A stretch of 64,000 bases of DNA from an uncultured Patescibacteria group bacterium (GCA_934699595.1 CAKUWT010000001.1:7839-71838); one strand, 5' to 3'; positions 8,466 through 18,742 are shown, numbered from the stretch's first letter. Numbers and translations: made by a program. Notes: generated from the letters alone by a model not told the origin.

Positions 8466-11165
8466 ATGGCCACAAAAAAAGATCCGAAAGAAGCGAATAA
8501 TTCCAAGCAACCAGCCAAGGAGACTACTGCATCAAAAAAGTCATTAGCAACTAAGATTACCACTAAGTGGAGTGACCGTAATGAGAAAATCGTGGTGCGG
8601 GGGGCTCGTACGCATAATTTAAAAAATATTGATGTAGAAATGCCACGCGGAAAGATGATTGCTGTAACAGGTCCTTCAGGTTCGGGTAAGTCCTCGTTAG
8701 CTTTTGATACTATTTTTGCGGAAGGACAACGACGTTACGTGGAGTCACTCTCTCCCTACGCTCGACAATTCCTCAACCAGATGCAAAAACCGGATGTAGA
8801 TGAGATTTCTGGTTTGTCTCCAGCCATCTCCATTGATCAAAAATCAGCCAGTCGTAACCCCCGTTCGACGGTGGCCACTATTACGGAGATTTATGACTAT
8901 CTGCGAATTCTCTACGCGCGTATTGGTCAGCCATATTGTCTTGATGTAGACACACCGATTCAAAAACTGTCACAAGACGAAATTTTGGATATTATTTTAA
9001 AGTCTATTACTGATCGAGAAGTGAAAGACGCGACAAAGAAAGACAGTGAGAAGGTGCTGGGAATTGAGGTTAGTAAGGGGCGGGTGGTGATTTTTGCCCC
9101 GGTAGTAGTGGGGCGTAAGGGGGAGTATTACCAGCTACTCTATGATTTACTGAATAAGGGTTTTGAAACGGTTAAAATTGACGGACAGATTAAGCAGTTG
9201 CGTGAACGGATAGAGTTATCCAAAACTAAGCGTCACGATATTGATGTCTTGGTGGACGAGATTTACGTTTCCGAATTTAGCGATGACCCAAAGGGCTCTC
9301 ATGAACGACTGTCTGAAGCTATAGAAGTGGCACTCGGCGTGGCGAATGGATTGGTTAAAATTGAGAGTCCCGGGGGAGAAACCCGTACTTTGTCAGCCAA
9401 GTTCATTTGTCCAGTAGACGGATCGTCTTTTCCAGAAGTGGAGCCACGACTCTTCTCCTTCAACTCACCTTACGGCGCCTGTCCAGAGTGTAATGGTTTG
9501 GGGGTAGTTGGACTGTTTAATGATGAGGAATGTCCGGTTTGTCACGGCGCTCGGCTGCGGAAGGAGGCCTTACGTGTGTACCTTGGAGGTGACGTCGATT
9601 CTTTAGGTATAAATATTGTCGACTTCACCGCAATGACCATTAAAGAGGCAGCCGTTTTTATCGAACGTTTACGTCTAACTCCGCAACAACAAGAAATAGC
9701 TTGGCCGGCTTTGCGGGAGATTATGGAACGGCTGGAATTTATGAATAATGTAGGTATTGAGTATCTTACTCTAGATCGCCGCGCCAATACTTTGTCTGGC
9801 GGCGAGGCGCAGCGTATTCGCCTAGCTTCCCAGCTTGGTTCCGGTTTGGTAGGGGCTTTATATGTACTGGATGAGCCGACAATCGGCTTGCATCAGCGCG
9901 ATAATGATCGCTTGATTAAAACCTTAACCGAGCTACGTGACCTCGGTAACACTATCGTGGTGGTTGAGCATGATGAAGATACTATTAAAGCGGCCGACTA
10001 CTTGGTAGACATCGGCCCTGGGGCTGGAGTCCGAGGAGGTGAGGTAATTGTGACTGGCTATATCAGTGAGTTACTAGCTGCCCCGAAAAATAACAGTGGT
10101 TCCGTAACGCTTGATTATTTACGAGGTGATAAAGTAATCCCAGTTCCCAAACGGCGCACTGGTGAAAAAGGCTCACTAAAAATTAAGGGTGGTAAGGCTT
10201 TTAATATTAAAAACTTAGCAGTAGATATCCCACTAGGGCGTCTAGTTGTAGTGACAGGGGTGTCTGGATCGGGCAAATCTACTTTTATGTACCAGATTGT
10301 GCATAAAAACTTAAAAGCCCGACTTGACCAGCGCAGCCGTTCAACTAAGACTTTTAATTGCGCCAGCTTTACCGGTACTGAGTATTTAGGGAGAGAAATT
10401 CTCATTGATCAGTCACCGATCGGTCGTACTCCCCGCTCTAACCCAGCTACTTATACGGGTGCGTTTACGCATATCCGTGAATTATTCGCCGCTACCACCG
10501 AGGCACAGGTGCGTGGCTGGAAGCCAGGGCGCTTTAGTTTTAACGTCAAGGGTGGCCGCTGTGAAGCTTGCCAAGGGAATGGAGTGATTGCGGTGGAAAT
10601 GCATTTCTTGCCGACAGTGTACGTGACCTGTGATGTCTGTGATGGTAAGCGCTTTACTAAGGAGACCCTAGAAGTTACCTATCGAAAGAAAAATATTTAT
10701 GAGGTGCTGGAAATGAATATTGAGGAAGCGCATGTTTTCTTTCACGATATTCCCGCTATTCAAGAGCGGCTACATACCCTGGTTGAGGTCGGGTTGGGTT
10801 ATCTTAAGTTGGGACAAAGCGCCACCACTTTGTCTGGCGGAGAAGCTCAGCGTGTAAAAATCGCTTCGGAATTGTATAAGCAACATACACAAAAAACAAT
10901 CTACTTGCTGGATGAGCCTACTATTGGCTTGCATTATGAAGATGTGAAGAAACTAATTGAGATTCTGCAGGAGCTGGTAGACCGAGGTAATACCGTGATG
11001 GTGATCGAGCATAACTTAGACTTAGTGAAATCAGCCGATTATGTGATCGATATTGGTCCCGAAGGAGGGGTGGGAGGTGGTCAAATTATTGCCAAAGGAA
11101 CCCCGGAACAAGTGGCTGAGAATCAGAAATCCTATACTGGCTACTACCTAAAGAAGATTCTTTAG
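8466..11165 (+). CDS. uvrA: excinuclease ABC subunit A
   Basis: two ABC ATPase modules ([19 protein letters not shown]), zinc-finger CxxC motifs, LSGGEAQR signatures. Confidence 0.95.
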   Translation: MATKKDPKEANNSKQPAKETTASKKSLATKITTKWSDRNEKIVVRGARTHNLKNIDVEMPRGKMIAVTGPSGSGKSSLAFDTIFAEGQRRYVESLSPYARQFLNQMQKPDVDEISGLSPAISIDQKSASRNPRSTVATITEIYDYLRILYARIGQPYCLDVDTPIQKLSQDEILDIILKSITDREVKDATKKDSEKVLGIEVSKGRVVIFAPVVVGRKGEYYQLLYDLLNKGFETVKIDGQIKQLRERIELSKTKRHDIDVLVDEIYVSEFSDDPKGSHERLSEAIEVALGVANGLVKIESPGGETRTLSAKFICPVDGSSFPEVEPRLFSFNSPYGACPECNGLGVVGLFNDEECPVCHGARLRKEALRVYLGGDVDSLGINIVDFTAMTIKEAAVFIERLRLTPQQQEIAWPALREIMERLEFMNNVGIEYLTLDRRANTLSGGEAQRIRLASQLGSGLVGALYVLDEPTIGLHQRDNDRLIKTLTELRDLGNTIVVVEHDEDTIKAADYLVDIGPGAGVRGGEVIVTGYISELLAAPKNNSGSVTLDYLRGDKVIPVPKRRTGEKGSLKIKGGKAFNIKNLAVDIPLGRLVVVTGVSGSGKSTFMYQIVHKNLKARLDQRSRSTKTFNCASFTGTEYLGREILIDQSPIGRTPRSNPATYTGAFTHIRELFAATTEAQVRGWKPGRFSFNVKGGRCEACQGNGVIAVEMHFLPTVYVTCDVCDGKRFTKETLEVTYRKKNIYEVLEMNIEEAHVFFHDIPAIQERLHTLVEVGLGYLKLGQSATTLSGGEAQRVKIASELYKQHTQKTIYLLDEPTIGLHYEDVKKLIEILQELVDRGNTVMVIEHNLDLVKSADYVIDIGPEGGVGGGQIIAKGTPEQVAENQKSYTGYYLKKIL

Positions 11166-11226
11166 CGGCTGCTAGCTAGCCATACGCTGTTGCGGTGAGC
11201 GCTGTCGTGGAGAGTTTAATAAAAAT

Positions 11227-12462
11227 ATGCAAAAAGACACTTTTGACCAACTGACATTACCTGATAAGCCGGGGGTGTATTTCTTTTTAGGTAAACATAA
11301 GAAGATTCTGTATATTGGTAAGGCTACCTCGTTACGCAATCGGGTGCGCAGCTACTTTGCTCCAGATTTGGTCGTAAAGCGTTCGGAACTGATTGCGCAA
11401 ATGGTAGCGGAGGCTGAGACTGTTGAAGTAACTGAAACGGACAGCGTTTTAGAGGCCTTGCTTCTAGAAACGAATCTTATTCGTACGCACAAACCGCACT
11501 TCAATACCCGTAGTAAAGATGATAAGTCTTACAATCACGTCATTATTACCAATGAGGAGTGGCCACGAGTGCTGGTGGTGCGAGGTAAGGATTTACGTGA
11601 AGGTAATATTGAAGAAAAGATCAAGTATCATTTTGGGCCGTTCCCAAGTAGTGGTTTATTGCGTGAAGCCCTAAAGATTATTCGGAAACTTTTTCAGTAT
11701 TATGATACTAAAGATCCAGTAGGGTCAGAGCGAACCAAGTTTGCCCGCGGTAAAGTAGATTTTAATCGACAAATTGGACTTTATCCACATGAGTCTAACC
11801 GAGAGCAATATCTAAAAACGATTAAACATTTGCGGTGGTTTTTTGAGGGGAAGAAACAGCGGGTAATTAAGGCGCTGGAGAAGGAAATGATGACAGCTGC
11901 CAAAGCTGAGGAGTTTGAAGTGGCCAATCATCTGAAAAAGCAAATCTTTGCTTTGCAACATATTCAAGACATTTCCTTGATTAAAGTTGATCGCTTGGAT
12001 AGTCGTACTGGAGAGAGCTTGCGGATTGAAGCCTATGATGTGGCTCATCATCAGGGTCAGAGTATGGTTGGAGTAATGACAGTCCTTGAAGGGAGTGAAC
12101 CTAGAAAAAGTGACTATCGGAAGTTTAATATTAAGAGTGTCAAAGACGCTAATGACCCGGCCGCCCTGAAAGAATTGCTGGAAAGACGTCTCGGGCATCC
12201 AGAGTGGCCACTGCCAAATATCGTGGTGGTGGACGGTAATGCGGTGCAAAAAAAGGTGGCAGAAAAGTTACTGGCGGAGGCCGAGCTACTGATTCCGGTT
12301 GTGGCGGTCGTCAAAGACGACCGCCACCGACCGAACCACCTCCTTGGCACCCAGGCACTTATCGATGCCAATAAGCTAGAAATTCTCCACGCCAACGCCG
12401 AAGCCCACCGCTTCGCCATTAGTTTTCATCGACAGAAACAGCGGAAGAGACTGAGTTCTTAA
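11227..12462 (+). CDS. uvrC: excinuclease ABC subunit C, compact form lacking the C-terminal (HhH)2 domain
   Basis: GIY-YIG (GVYFFLGKHKKILYIGKATSLRNR), UVR motif, RNase H-like domain (EAYDVAH...VVVDGN...AEAHRF); ends at 411 aa. Confidence 0.85.
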   Translation: MQKDTFDQLTLPDKPGVYFFLGKHKKILYIGKATSLRNRVRSYFAPDLVVKRSELIAQMVAEAETVEVTETDSVLEALLLETNLIRTHKPHFNTRSKDDKSYNHVIITNEEWPRVLVVRGKDLREGNIEEKIKYHFGPFPSSGLLREALKIIRKLFQYYDTKDPVGSERTKFARGKVDFNRQIGLYPHESNREQYLKTIKHLRWFFEGKKQRVIKALEKEMMTAAKAEEFEVANHLKKQIFALQHIQDISLIKVDRLDSRTGESLRIEAYDVAHHQGQSMVGVMTVLEGSEPRKSDYRKFNIKSVKDANDPAALKELLERRLGHPEWPLPNIVVVDGNAVQKKVAEKLLAEAELLIPVVAVVKDDRHRPNHLLGTQALIDANKLEILHANAEAHRFAISFHRQKQRKRLSS

Positions 12463-12472
12463 GGTAACTAAA

Positions 12473-12697
12473 GTGTTATACTTTTCCAATATGAGAGCTT
12501 TGATTATTTTTTTGATTACTCTACTTAGTATTGGGTTGTTTATAAAAATGACCGTTGATAGTTTGCCAGAGGAGGCTCCGGAAATGTTGCATAATCCCAG
12601 CCAAAATACTTTGCCAGACCTGGCCCCGGTTCAGGGGCGAGTTGATCAGCAGAACCAAGCCATTCAAAAGGCACTAGATGTGACTGGGCAGCATTAG
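12473..12697 (+). CDS. hypothetical small membrane protein
   Basis: 74-aa ORF with N-terminal TM; weak support. Confidence 0.2.
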   Translation: MLYFSNMRALIIFLITLLSIGLFIKMTVDSLPEEAPEMLHNPSQNTLPDLAPVQGRVDQQNQAIQKALDVTGQH

Positions 12698-12718
12698 TAA
12701 GTAAAGTCTCTCTTTTGG

Positions 12719-13813
12719 TTATTTTTCCTCAGTAAACCACTGGTTGCCGCCCAAATGCCATACCGAAATACTTTCCACGCCCAAGTCTCTCAAGAGTTTT
12801 TTCTTGATATCTAATGAAGTGGTGTCGTTATAGAAAAAGACTTGACCGTCTTTCACCCAAGTCATTTCTGCTGAAGCTGGGTCACGGATGGCATCATTAA
12901 ATCCCGGCAGTCTTTTTACGGCACTATAGTCGAGAATCTGGATATCATACTCACCGCGAGTTCCTGTATAGGCGTAACTAGGGATGCCGAAAGTGAGGCG
13001 GTCAGATGCCAAGTTAGTAGTGACATACTTGACCACGCTTTGCATCCACTCCAAGGGAGCGATCGCAACACCGGCACCGTAGTCGTATTGGTGATCGTAT
13101 GTCATTATCACTAGCTCATCCACAGGTAAATTTTGCCAATCTGCATAATGCCAAACAAACCAGGACTGAGATAACTCGTCCCAAATAGCCGGAGCGGTCA
13201 CTAGTAGTTTCTTGTTGCGACTGTGGAGCTCGTTACCTAAAATAGTGACAAGGTTTTGGTAGTCTAAGTAAAGCTCCTCATTCCAGTCGCCAAAGCTTTC
13301 AAAATCAAGTTCTAATCCTGACAGATCGTAGGTCTCGAGCCATTGCAGAGCTAGATCAAAATCGGTTAAGTTGGGGTCTGTATTCCTGAGGAAAGATTGA
13401 ATATTTTCTGCACCTAAAGCAGAAATGGTGAGATATTGCTCAGTAGTGTTTTGTTTTAGTGCAGGTATTAGCTCTGGGGCAAAACCTAGGCAGGCATCAT
13501 CGGTCGTGATTATCTCCAATTGACCAGCAGCGATAGTCAGCCATTCAATTTTAACCGTCGTAATTTTTCGACCATCATTCAGTTCGGAAAGAGCTGTACA
13601 GTTTTTACCATCAGGATAGATCCATGCAGCCAGGCGTTCTGATTTTTGTATATTTTTAGTGTAGGTAATAGCTCGGAGGGTGTTTGTGGGGGAGGAGGAG
13701 AGTTTAATTAAGATATAAAGTATTAGTAATAAGACTATTAGACTAACCAATATTCCGCGCAGCCACCAACGATTGTGCCAATATTTTTTATAAATAGTCA
13801 AGAATAAATTCAC
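12719..13813 (-). CDS. glycoside hydrolase family 18-like protein, membrane anchored
   Basis: N-terminal TM; GH18-like strand motifs SGLELDFE (DxDxE region, first Asp replaced) and MTYD. Confidence 0.5.
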   Translation of the reverse strand: MNLFLTIYKKYWHNRWWLRGILVSLIVLLLILYILIKLSSSPTNTLRAITYTKNIQKSERLAAWIYPDGKNCTALSELNDGRKITTVKIEWLTIAAGQLEIITTDDACLGFAPELIPALKQNTTEQYLTISALGAENIQSFLRNTDPNLTDFDLALQWLETYDLSGLELDFESFGDWNEELYLDYQNLVTILGNELHSRNKKLLVTAPAIWDELSQSWFVWHYADWQNLPVDELVIMTYDHQYDYGAGVAIAPLEWMQSVVKYVTTNLASDRLTFGIPSYAYTGTRGEYDIQILDYSAVKRLPGFNDAIRDPASAEMTWVKDGQVFFYNDTTSLDIKKKLLRDLGVESISVWHLGGNQWFTEEK

Positions 13814-13831
13814 GGTAGTTTTTCTATTTTA

Positions 13832-15226
13832 TTATTTAGTAAAGACTCCTCGCCGCTCCCACTGCTGCCATTTCAGATCCTGTCTCTTAAGGTGACCGAA
13901 GTAAGCTTTAAATAGGGCATACGTTTCCACAAAAGTAGAGATATAAAACAACAACCAGCCAATCGGTGCTAAGAGTACAAATTTCCAGACGTCATGACGA
14001 TAGTTGTCGAAAATCACTTGTATTAAAAACATGGAAGATACGACGATAATACCTGAGATAAAAGAAGTAAAGTCTTTCGTTAATAGAGAAAAAATATATA
14101 AGAAAGCTAAGAACAAACCTTCAAAAGCCAACTGTAAATCACCAATGACTGCTAGGGGTAATATGACCCATGTAAGTAATCGATTATGTTTCTTATCACG
14201 ACTAAAGAACATATTCTTATGTTCCACAAAGGTTTCAATGCGACCCCGTTTCCAGCGGAGTCGTTGTTTGAGAAGTCCGGTTAAGGTGGGGGCACCTTCG
14301 GTATAAAGAATAGCGTCCTCAGCATAAACTGTCCGCATTCCGGCTGACTGTACACGCAGAGATAGCTCAATATCTTCGGTGATATTTGTAGTACTGTATG
14401 GTCCAAGTTCGGTGAAGACCTGGCGACGAAAGGCTCCGGCTGCACCCCCGATGATGTAAATACTGTTTACTAATGACTCTGCTTTTTTGAAGTAAAAAGA
14501 GAAGAGAAATTCTAAATACTGTACGACACCTATAATTTTATCTGTGTTGCCAATTCGTACATTACCAACCGCCGCCATCACTTTCGGATCCGAAAACTGT
14601 TTGACGAAATTACCGATGGTATTGGGGGGTACGAAGCAATCGGCATCAATTGATATGATGATCTCACCCCGGGCTTTACTTAGTCCATGATTGAGGGCGT
14701 GTCCCTTACCCTGCGTACCCTCGTAGTAATAACTGAGACGAATACCACGATAAAACAACTGGTTCTCTCGTTTTTTTAAGGCCTTGAGAATTTTTACTTG
14801 TCGACGTAGAAGTGAATCTGAGCCATCGGTAGAGGCATTGTCGACCACGATAATTTCCAAGTTTGTGTATTTACTAGTCAGGAGACTGCGGACGGTCGTG
14901 ATAATACCTTCTCCCTCATTCCAGGCAGGAATAATCACACTAACTAAGGGGCGAAAATCAGGATGATGATGGCGGCGAAGGCGTTGCAGTTGAACGATCT
15001 CGTTCCAAGGACTAAGTACCATGTAGATTGTGTATTTTGTCAGTAGTAAGCTGGCGAAAAAGATAATCACAACACGTAGGCTAAAGAAGGTATCACTATC
15101 AGTGCTTGGTGGCAGCGTAAAAACTGATAGTAGTATCCCGCCTAGAATTGCGTATAGGGTTAGATAAACTGCTAATTTTTTGTAAGAGAAGGATTTCATA
15201 ATTAAGTTTAAATGACAGTCAGTCAT
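13832..15226 (-). CDS. processive family-2 glycosyltransferase (PgaC/NodC/chitin- or cellulose-synthase-like)
   Basis: VVDNASTDGS, DAD, TED and QRLRW (QxxRW) motifs; N- and C-terminal TM helices. Confidence 0.8.
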   Translation of the reverse strand: MTDCHLNLIMKSFSYKKLAVYLTLYAILGGILLSVFTLPPSTDSDTFFSLRVVIIFFASLLLTKYTIYMVLSPWNEIVQLQRLRRHHHPDFRPLVSVIIPAWNEGEGIITTVRSLLTSKYTNLEIIVVDNASTDGSDSLLRRQVKILKALKKRENQLFYRGIRLSYYYEGTQGKGHALNHGLSKARGEIIISIDADCFVPPNTIGNFVKQFSDPKVMAAVGNVRIGNTDKIIGVVQYLEFLFSFYFKKAESLVNSIYIIGGAAGAFRRQVFTELGPYSTTNITEDIELSLRVQSAGMRTVYAEDAILYTEGAPTLTGLLKQRLRWKRGRIETFVEHKNMFFSRDKKHNRLLTWVILPLAVIGDLQLAFEGLFLAFLYIFSLLTKDFTSFISGIIVVSSMFLIQVIFDNYRHDVWKFVLLAPIGWLLFYISTFVETYALFKAYFGHLKRQDLKWQQWERRGVFTK

Positions 15227-15419
15227 TTAAGAACAGGAGGATGTACAGTTTTGCCAAGAGATTAGAAAGGATAATGGTACTAATAAAAATAGTGACGACC
15301 AGGTAAGTTCTATTTTCTAGGGAATTGATTAAGGTTATTCCTAAGACTATGATGATGACGACCAGTGTAAAGTGGCTTAGAATACTCAAGTTGCGTCGTA
15401 GAATTGAAGAATTTTTCAT
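15219..15419 (-). CDS. small 2-TM membrane protein translationally coupled upstream of the GT2 synthase
   Basis: 66-aa ORF whose stop overlaps the GT2 start by 8 nt. Confidence 0.35.
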   Translation of the reverse strand: MKNSSILRRNLSILSHFTLVVIIIVLGITLINSLENRTYLVVTIFISTIILSNLLAKLYILLFLND

Positions 15420-15469
15420 GGTATAAAATACATTTATTCGAGTACAGTGTGCGGGTTTTATCAGGGGTA

Positions 15470-15489
15470 TAGTTGATGATAGTCAACTA
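15470..15489. promoter_or_regulatory. perfect 7-N6-7 palindrome TAGTTGA-TGATAG-TCAACTA upstream of umuD (candidate operator)
   Basis: read directly; about 145 bp upstream of umuD. Confidence 0.3.
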
Positions 15490-15604
15490 ATGCGTACTTA
15501 AAGAGTAAGTGCTAGAGGGTAAAACTCAGCTGTGAACTGCTTTGGTGAGTTCTCAAAGTAATTTACTCTATCAATTCTATTCTTTATTTTGTCATTTAGC
15601 AATT

Positions 15605-15632
15605 TTGAACCTAGGCAAGAGACTGTTAAAAT
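15605..15632 (+). promoter_or_regulatory. candidate promoter TTGAAC-N16-TGtTAAAAT directly abutting the umuD start
   Basis: -35/-10-like hexamers with 16-nt spacing and a TG extension; the -10 ends 1 nt before the annotated ATG, so a leaderless transcript may start at the second ATG (15639). Confidence 0.3.
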
Positions 15633-16070
15633 ATGAAAATGAAAAGCCCTGCTCGTAAAAAATCTCCAACCAGATCAGTAGATAAAGAAAACCCACTCTA
15701 TGTTGCTAGACCAGCTGCCGGTTTTCCTGGCATGGCCGAAGATGGGGTGGAGGAGATGCTCAATCTACATACTCATTTAGTGACACATCCGGAGGCTACT
15801 TTTTTTGTGAGAGCGACAGGAGACTCTATGGAGGGTGTAGGAATTTTCTCGGGAGATATTCTGGTAGTGGACCGTAGTCTTGAGCCTCGACACGGCAGTA
15901 TTGTGGTGGCCGTTTTTGACGGTGGATTTGTAGTAAAGCAATTACAAGGTCGGCATCCAGATTATCAATTAGTTTCTGCCAATGAGCAGTATCCACCGAT
16001 CAGGATTGCCGATCATGATAATTGCTTTATTTGGGGTGTTGTTAGTAGTGCGGTGCACAAATTTGCCTAA
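15633..16070 (+). CDS. umuD: peptidase S24 LexA/UmuD-like protein lacking an N-terminal DNA-binding domain
   Basis: Ala-Gly cleavage site (ARPAAGFPG), Ser nucleophile (GDSM), Lys (VVKQL); 145 aa. Confidence 0.8.
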   Translation: MKMKSPARKKSPTRSVDKENPLYVARPAAGFPGMAEDGVEEMLNLHTHLVTHPEATFFVRATGDSMEGVGIFSGDILVVDRSLEPRHGSIVVAVFDGGFVVKQLQGRHPDYQLVSANEQYPPIRIADHDNCFIWGVVSSAVHKFA

Positions 16071-16182
16071 CCTGACAAGTTATTCTCAACTGGGCAAGTT
16101 TGTAAGATTTGCGGTCGCGGCTGGTCTTCACTAGAGTATAGGGACTAGTTTTAGCAGTTAGTAATTTATTTAAAATATCAGT

Positions 16183-17373
16183 ATGAAGAAGACTATAATG
16201 AGTTTAATGGTGGTGGGCGCGTTGTCCTTGATGTTGGTGCCACAAGTAGGGCAGGCCTATGAGGGAACAGTCAGTGGCTGGGTACCGTGGTTTCAAGAGC
16301 TCCCAGGCATTGTTAGTGTGCTCCAAAATATCGACAAGCTCGATACGGTTTATCCCTTCGTTTACGAAATCGATAGTCAGGGACAGATTGTCGACAAAAC
16401 CGTCACTAAAATGGATGGACCGATCTGGCCTCTTTTGACCAAGCTTCTACAGGCTAAAGAGGTGACCGTTATTCCCACCATTGCTTGGTTTGATGGTCAG
16501 CAGATTGACGAGATTTTGAGCGATGACCGTAATCGGGAGGCGCACATTGCCGACATTGTGGCTTTGGTTAAGAAAGGGAATTATGATGGTATCAATATCG
16601 ACTACGAGCAAAAGCTCGCCAAGACCAGAGATGACTTCTCCAGTTTTTTGCAAGAATTAAAAGCCGAGCTTGGTAATAAGCGGTTGTCTTGCGCGGTCGA
16701 AGCCAGAATGCCGTTAGATTCGCGCTTTAAGAATATTCCTAGTGATTACGAGTATGCCAATGACTATGAGGCGATTGGTAAATACTGTGACCGAGTGGAG
16801 ATTATGGCCTATGACCAGCAACGAGCTGATATCAAGCTAAACGAAGAGCGATCTGGCGTACCTTATATGCCAGTTGCTGATAAGGATTGGGTAGAAAAGG
16901 TAATTAAGGAATCCTTGAAAGAATTACCAAAAGAGAAGGTGGTACTGGGAGTGGCCACTTACGGCCGAGCCTGGGACGTGGCGGTAGCCCCTAACTGGTA
17001 CCGTGACTATACCCGGGTGGCCTCATTAAACCATCCTCGCATCGTGGAATTAGCGGCTAAGTACAAAACCAGCATCGGTCGTACTGCGGGTGGCGAAGGG
17101 GCGTTTAGTTACTTCCCTGAGGATTCGGTTTATCAGATTCTCAATGCCCTGCCAACTCCAGCTGGGACACGTCCAGGATATGAAGCTGCTGCCAAAGCCC
17201 TGCTGTTTGCTGATGCTACTAAAACAGAAATTCCGGTACGCTTCGTTACCTATTCTGATGCTAGCGCGATTGGCGATAAACTGACCTTGATTGATAAGTA
17301 TAAATTGAACGGTGTCACCATTTTCAAAATCGATGGTGAGGAAGACCAGAAGATGTGGAACTTGTTCCGATAG
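16183..17373 (+). CDS. glycoside hydrolase family 18 protein (chitinase-like), secreted
   Basis: signal peptide; canonical GH18 motifs DGINIDYE and IMAYD. Confidence 0.7.
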   Translation: MKKTIMSLMVVGALSLMLVPQVGQAYEGTVSGWVPWFQELPGIVSVLQNIDKLDTVYPFVYEIDSQGQIVDKTVTKMDGPIWPLLTKLLQAKEVTVIPTIAWFDGQQIDEILSDDRNREAHIADIVALVKKGNYDGINIDYEQKLAKTRDDFSSFLQELKAELGNKRLSCAVEARMPLDSRFKNIPSDYEYANDYEAIGKYCDRVEIMAYDQQRADIKLNEERSGVPYMPVADKDWVEKVIKESLKELPKEKVVLGVATYGRAWDVAVAPNWYRDYTRVASLNHPRIVELAAKYKTSIGRTAGGEGAFSYFPEDSVYQILNALPTPAGTRPGYEAAAKALLFADATKTEIPVRFVTYSDASAIGDKLTLIDKYKLNGVTIFKIDGEEDQKMWNLFR

Positions 17374-17379
17374 TTGACT

Positions 17380-17432
17380 GGTAGGTAAAAACTAAGGCCG
17401 CCCTCTCACAAGGGCGGCCTTAGTTTTTACCT
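17380..17432. terminator. bidirectional rho-independent terminator (22-bp perfect inverted repeat with A/T runs on both sides)
   Basis: TAGGTAAAAACTAAGGCCGCCC-tctcaca-GGGCGGCCTTAGTTTTTACCTA. Confidence 0.8.
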
Positions 17433-17460
17433 AATTAAAGAGTGTTAAAATGACGAGACT

Positions 17461-18708
17461 ATGGAAACCTATATCGGCGTAGTGGACGGTAATAATTTCT
17501 TTGTTTCTTGCGAACGTTTATTCCGTCCGGATTTGTTGCAGCAGCCGGTACTAGTACTTTCGAGTAACGATGGTTGCGTGGTGGCTCGCTCACAAGAGGT
17601 TAAGGACTTAGGGATTGTCATGGGGATGCCTTATTTTCAAATCAAGGATTTGATAAGACAAAAGGGCGTCACCGTTTTTTCGTCAAACTTCAAACTGTAT
17701 CGCAATCTGTCTCAGAGATTATTTTCGGTATTAAAAAAAGAGGTGGAGGAATTTGAGCAATATTCTATCGATGAAGCCTTTTTTCTTCTTAAGGCAAAAG
17801 ATAGACAAGCGGCTGAGGTAGTTGCTAGGGAACTGAAGGTGAAGCTTGAGAGGTTGGTAGGTATCCCGGTTTCCATTGGACTGGGTGCCAATAAGACCCA
17901 GGCTAAATATGCCAGCCGTTTAGCTAAAAGTGGCGATGGTCTCCGGGTGTTAGACGTGTCTACTTGGCAGAGTTTAACTAAGGAGATAGATCTGCACTTA
18001 CTTTGGGGAGTGGGCGCCAAGTCGGCCGAAAGATACCGCCGGGAAGGGCTGCTAAAAGTAGTTGACCTACTTAATTATCCACTCAGTTTGGTGCGAGGGA
18101 AGTTTGGCGTAGTGGGGGAAAGGTTACGTGCTGAATTAGATGGAGAAATGATCTTTTTACTCAACCCTGTCTCCGGAGGACAGCAGTCGTTAACCGATTC
18201 TCGAAGTTTGAAAAAAGCTACCTATAAACAAGCAGAGGTTCTAACTGTGCTGGCTGGTCACGTGGAGGCCGCGTCTGCTACCTTGCGAAAAAAGCAGTTG
18301 CTAGCAGAAACCTTAACAGTGATTGCTTACCCTGCCCGAGGACAAAGTGGCGGTTTCTCAGAAACTATTTCCTTACCCGCGCCAACTAGTAATACTTCAG
18401 TGATTATGAAATATGCCAACGCAGTGTTGGTCAAAAGATTTTCCCCCGAGGTAGGCTATCGAAAGTTGGGTATCACCCTTGGTTCCTTAATGCCAGAAAA
18501 TTTTCAAAACGGCTCTTTGTTTACTGAGACAGAAACGGTCTTGGATGAGGGTCTGTGGCAAACCGTTGATATGTTAAATAGCCGCTTCCACAGCACGGTA
18601 CTGCGGAGTGGGGTCAGTTTGCAGCCAAGAGGACTGCTGCCAGCTTCAAGTTGGCGGTCACCGGAGTATGTCTCTGCTTGGCAAGAGATCCCGACCGTAC
18701 AGTCTTAA
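17461..18708 (+). CDS. umuC: Y-family DNA polymerase (UmuC/DinB-like translesion polymerase)
   Basis: N-terminal VDGNNFFVSCERL...LSSNDGCVVA motif, IDEAF catalytic motif. Confidence 0.85.
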   Translation: METYIGVVDGNNFFVSCERLFRPDLLQQPVLVLSSNDGCVVARSQEVKDLGIVMGMPYFQIKDLIRQKGVTVFSSNFKLYRNLSQRLFSVLKKEVEEFEQYSIDEAFFLLKAKDRQAAEVVARELKVKLERLVGIPVSIGLGANKTQAKYASRLAKSGDGLRVLDVSTWQSLTKEIDLHLLWGVGAKSAERYRREGLLKVVDLLNYPLSLVRGKFGVVGERLRAELDGEMIFLLNPVSGGQQSLTDSRSLKKATYKQAEVLTVLAGHVEAASATLRKKQLLAETLTVIAYPARGQSGGFSETISLPAPTSNTSVIMKYANAVLVKRFSPEVGYRKLGITLGSLMPENFQNGSLFTETETVLDEGLWQTVDMLNSRFHSTVLRSGVSLQPRGLLPASSWRSPEYVSAWQEIPTVQS

Positions 18709-18742
18709 GTGAAGTGTAAGCGACGTTTGTCCTAAATGTCTT

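Noticed and set aside
15420-15632. Search for canonical LexA/SOS boxes (CTGT-N8-ACAG, GAAC-N4-GTTC) upstream of umuD, uvrA, uvrB and uvrC
   Set aside because: None present. Only GAAC-N11-GTTC near 15560 was seen, which does not fit known spacing. The 7-N6-7 palindrome is reported instead.
17380-17432. Long perfect inverted repeat considered as a mobile-element terminal repeat or regulatory operator
   Set aside because: It is flanked by A and T runs on both sides and sits between convergent or sequential genes. A bidirectional intrinsic terminator is the simplest explanation.
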